A stretch of 63,861 bases of DNA, the filler included, from Hyphochytrium catenoides (lineage: Eukaryota > Protista > Hyphochytriomycota): NCBI GenBank assembly GCA_900088475.1. It is 14 parts of 14 records of this genome, joined end to end, with 100 filler letters (N's around TTAATTAATTAA, not from the genome) between each part and the next. Parts side by side here need not be neighbours in the genome. Positions count along the whole stretch, not along the records: positions 62,203 to 63,861 come from FLMG01002159.1; 13 more parts are not named here. One strand, written 5' to 3'. How positions within the stretch are numbered: position 1 is the stretch's first letter; each line of letters begins with the position of its first letter. A model generated the notes under the pieces. That model had not been told where the DNA came from and did not search any database. It saw only the letters and a program-made list of their open reading frames with translations. Positions 62,103 through 63,861 of this stretch are shown one piece after another. The position numbers were made by a program, and so were the translations under genes.

Positions 62103-63861
62103 NNNNNNNNNNNNNNNNNNNNNNNNNNNNNNNNNNNNNNNNNNNNTTAATTAATTAANNNNNNNNNNNNNNNNNNNNNNNNNNNNNNNNNNNNNNNNNN
62201 NNGGCGGGCGGAATGGGAAATGAGAGTTTGAGGGCAATTCCAGCGGAATCTCTGGGGCAGAGTGAAGCAATAACGCATCTGGCCCTTAGCCAATCACGAC
62301 GAGCCTTTTGATAACACTCGAGTTCCTATGCGCTGTGACGGCTATTATTGTAGATAACACTAGCCGTTTGCGCCACTAGATCTCCTCTGATTGGCTGAAG
62401 CGATGCCATCAAACAGTCCTATGAACGGCTTCAAGAAGTGGCGTGCTCTGTCTTGATATCCTCCGAGGGACTAGGAAGAAGAATGATCATCTCACCTCCT
62501 GACAATTTCCCTGAAGTCTCTTTCAACTTCCTGCCTGCGCCCTTTCATCCTACGTTGAGGCTAATGGATCACTTAGACTTGACTGTGGTGGAGAGTTGTG
62601 CCTCTGCGTGCCCCATGCTCTCATGATGAGCTGGTTAATACAGTAGAGGTGGCAAGAGGTGATAGTAGACTAGAAATCAGGGTAATTAATGAGCAGTTCC
62701 ACAGGATTGGAGCAGTCCTCAATGAAGCAGTAGAAGAAGAAGAAGCAAGAAGATATTAACTCTTTTTCTTTCATCTCATCTTGACCCTCCGAAAAATAGT
62801 GCGTTGCTACCTCCGGTCACTCTCGTTGCCTCCGCCAAACCAGCAGATACCGACGGATGGTGCTGCGATTCTAGGAATAGCTCCCTGGTAGTTTCTCAGG
62901 AGGCTGACTGATGGTTACCTCTTTTCATTTACAGCGTCGTCTCAGGGAAATCCTTGTTCCTAGCGGGGTGCGCTACATACTCCTTCCCACCCTCCCTTCT
63001 TCGCTCTTCCTAGCTCCCGCCGCCGCCCCTCTTTTGTGACCGTATAATGTGGAGTGGGCTTGGCATCTTCATAATCAGATCAAAGGAAACCTTGAGGCTA
63101 GCGTAGTAAGATAGCTGCCGACAGCGCGCCTTCATAAAGTTCTTGCTACTACAGAGCATTTTCCTCCACAAGCGGCTCCAGGTTTGTGAGCATCATAATC
63201 AGTCAGCTTTAGCAGTGCTCTTAGGCGGACAAGCATCCTGAGTGAACTCCCCTTCCTGCAGCATCCTGAAGAAGCAGACGATAAGAAACACAATATCTGA
63301 TCTGTCCTCAGTACTATCCTGTCGAGATCCCCTCATTGTCTTTCATGACGCTCAATAGGATTCATCTGATTAAGCAGGCTTGCATAGTACGCATACATAC
63401 ATACAAAGTAATTTGCAGTTATTATAGCCGTTGGTTTGGCTCGATGCCATTTCAAGTACTGCCCGTTAACCAGTCTCCATGCCGCCATCTCTCGGCGTGC
63501 TGCTGTAGCCCTATCCCTCTTGTATGTATATCTCGCTTAAAACGAAATTTATGAGCCTGTTATACTGCAACTAGGTACAAAGAAGTAGCAGAATACAATT
63601 TGTGGACGAATATCAGACGAAGGCGAGAACACTAGAGCAAAGAAGGAGAAAGCAAAGAAAGGAGGTTATCAAACTACTACTAGTTATTGCTCCTCGGCTG
63701 CCACTTAACGACGGCGTCGGAATTGAGCGAGATAGGATAAAACAAGCAAAACATCAGGGCTTGAAGAGATTTGGGCTGCGTGCGAACTGGTTGTTGGTAA
63801 AGGACAACGTGGTAGGTTCTCTTGCAGCAGCGGGAAGGAGCATCGGAAGGCAACCAACGGG

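Overview
Eukaryotic (protist-like) DNA. The window is 14 unrelated scaffolds joined by 13 artificial 100-bp spacers (N44-TTAATTAATTAA-N44), so adjacency across spacers carries no biological meaning. Two compositional classes are mixed. (1) Ordinary-complexity scaffolds with short GT-AG introns. The first (1-19030) holds a tandem TBCC/RP2-domain gene, a ~1450-aa PPR gene, a DDX21/RH7-type DEAD-box helicase with a box C/D snoRNA in intron 3, and a theta-class GST ending in SKL. Others hold a papain-fold toxin-like ORF, a jacalin-like membrane protein, a decayed hAT-like transposase, Helentron/HINE-like ends and a foldback element built from CCTTCAG repeats. (2) Scaffolds saturated with (GA)n/(CT)n, where small exons can be spliced by hand into a complete cAR/GCR1-type GPCR, a convergent partial paralog, and CLU, FYVE, UCH-L3-like and dDENN-like fragments. 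All family calls come from motif recognition and manual splicing, not database searches.
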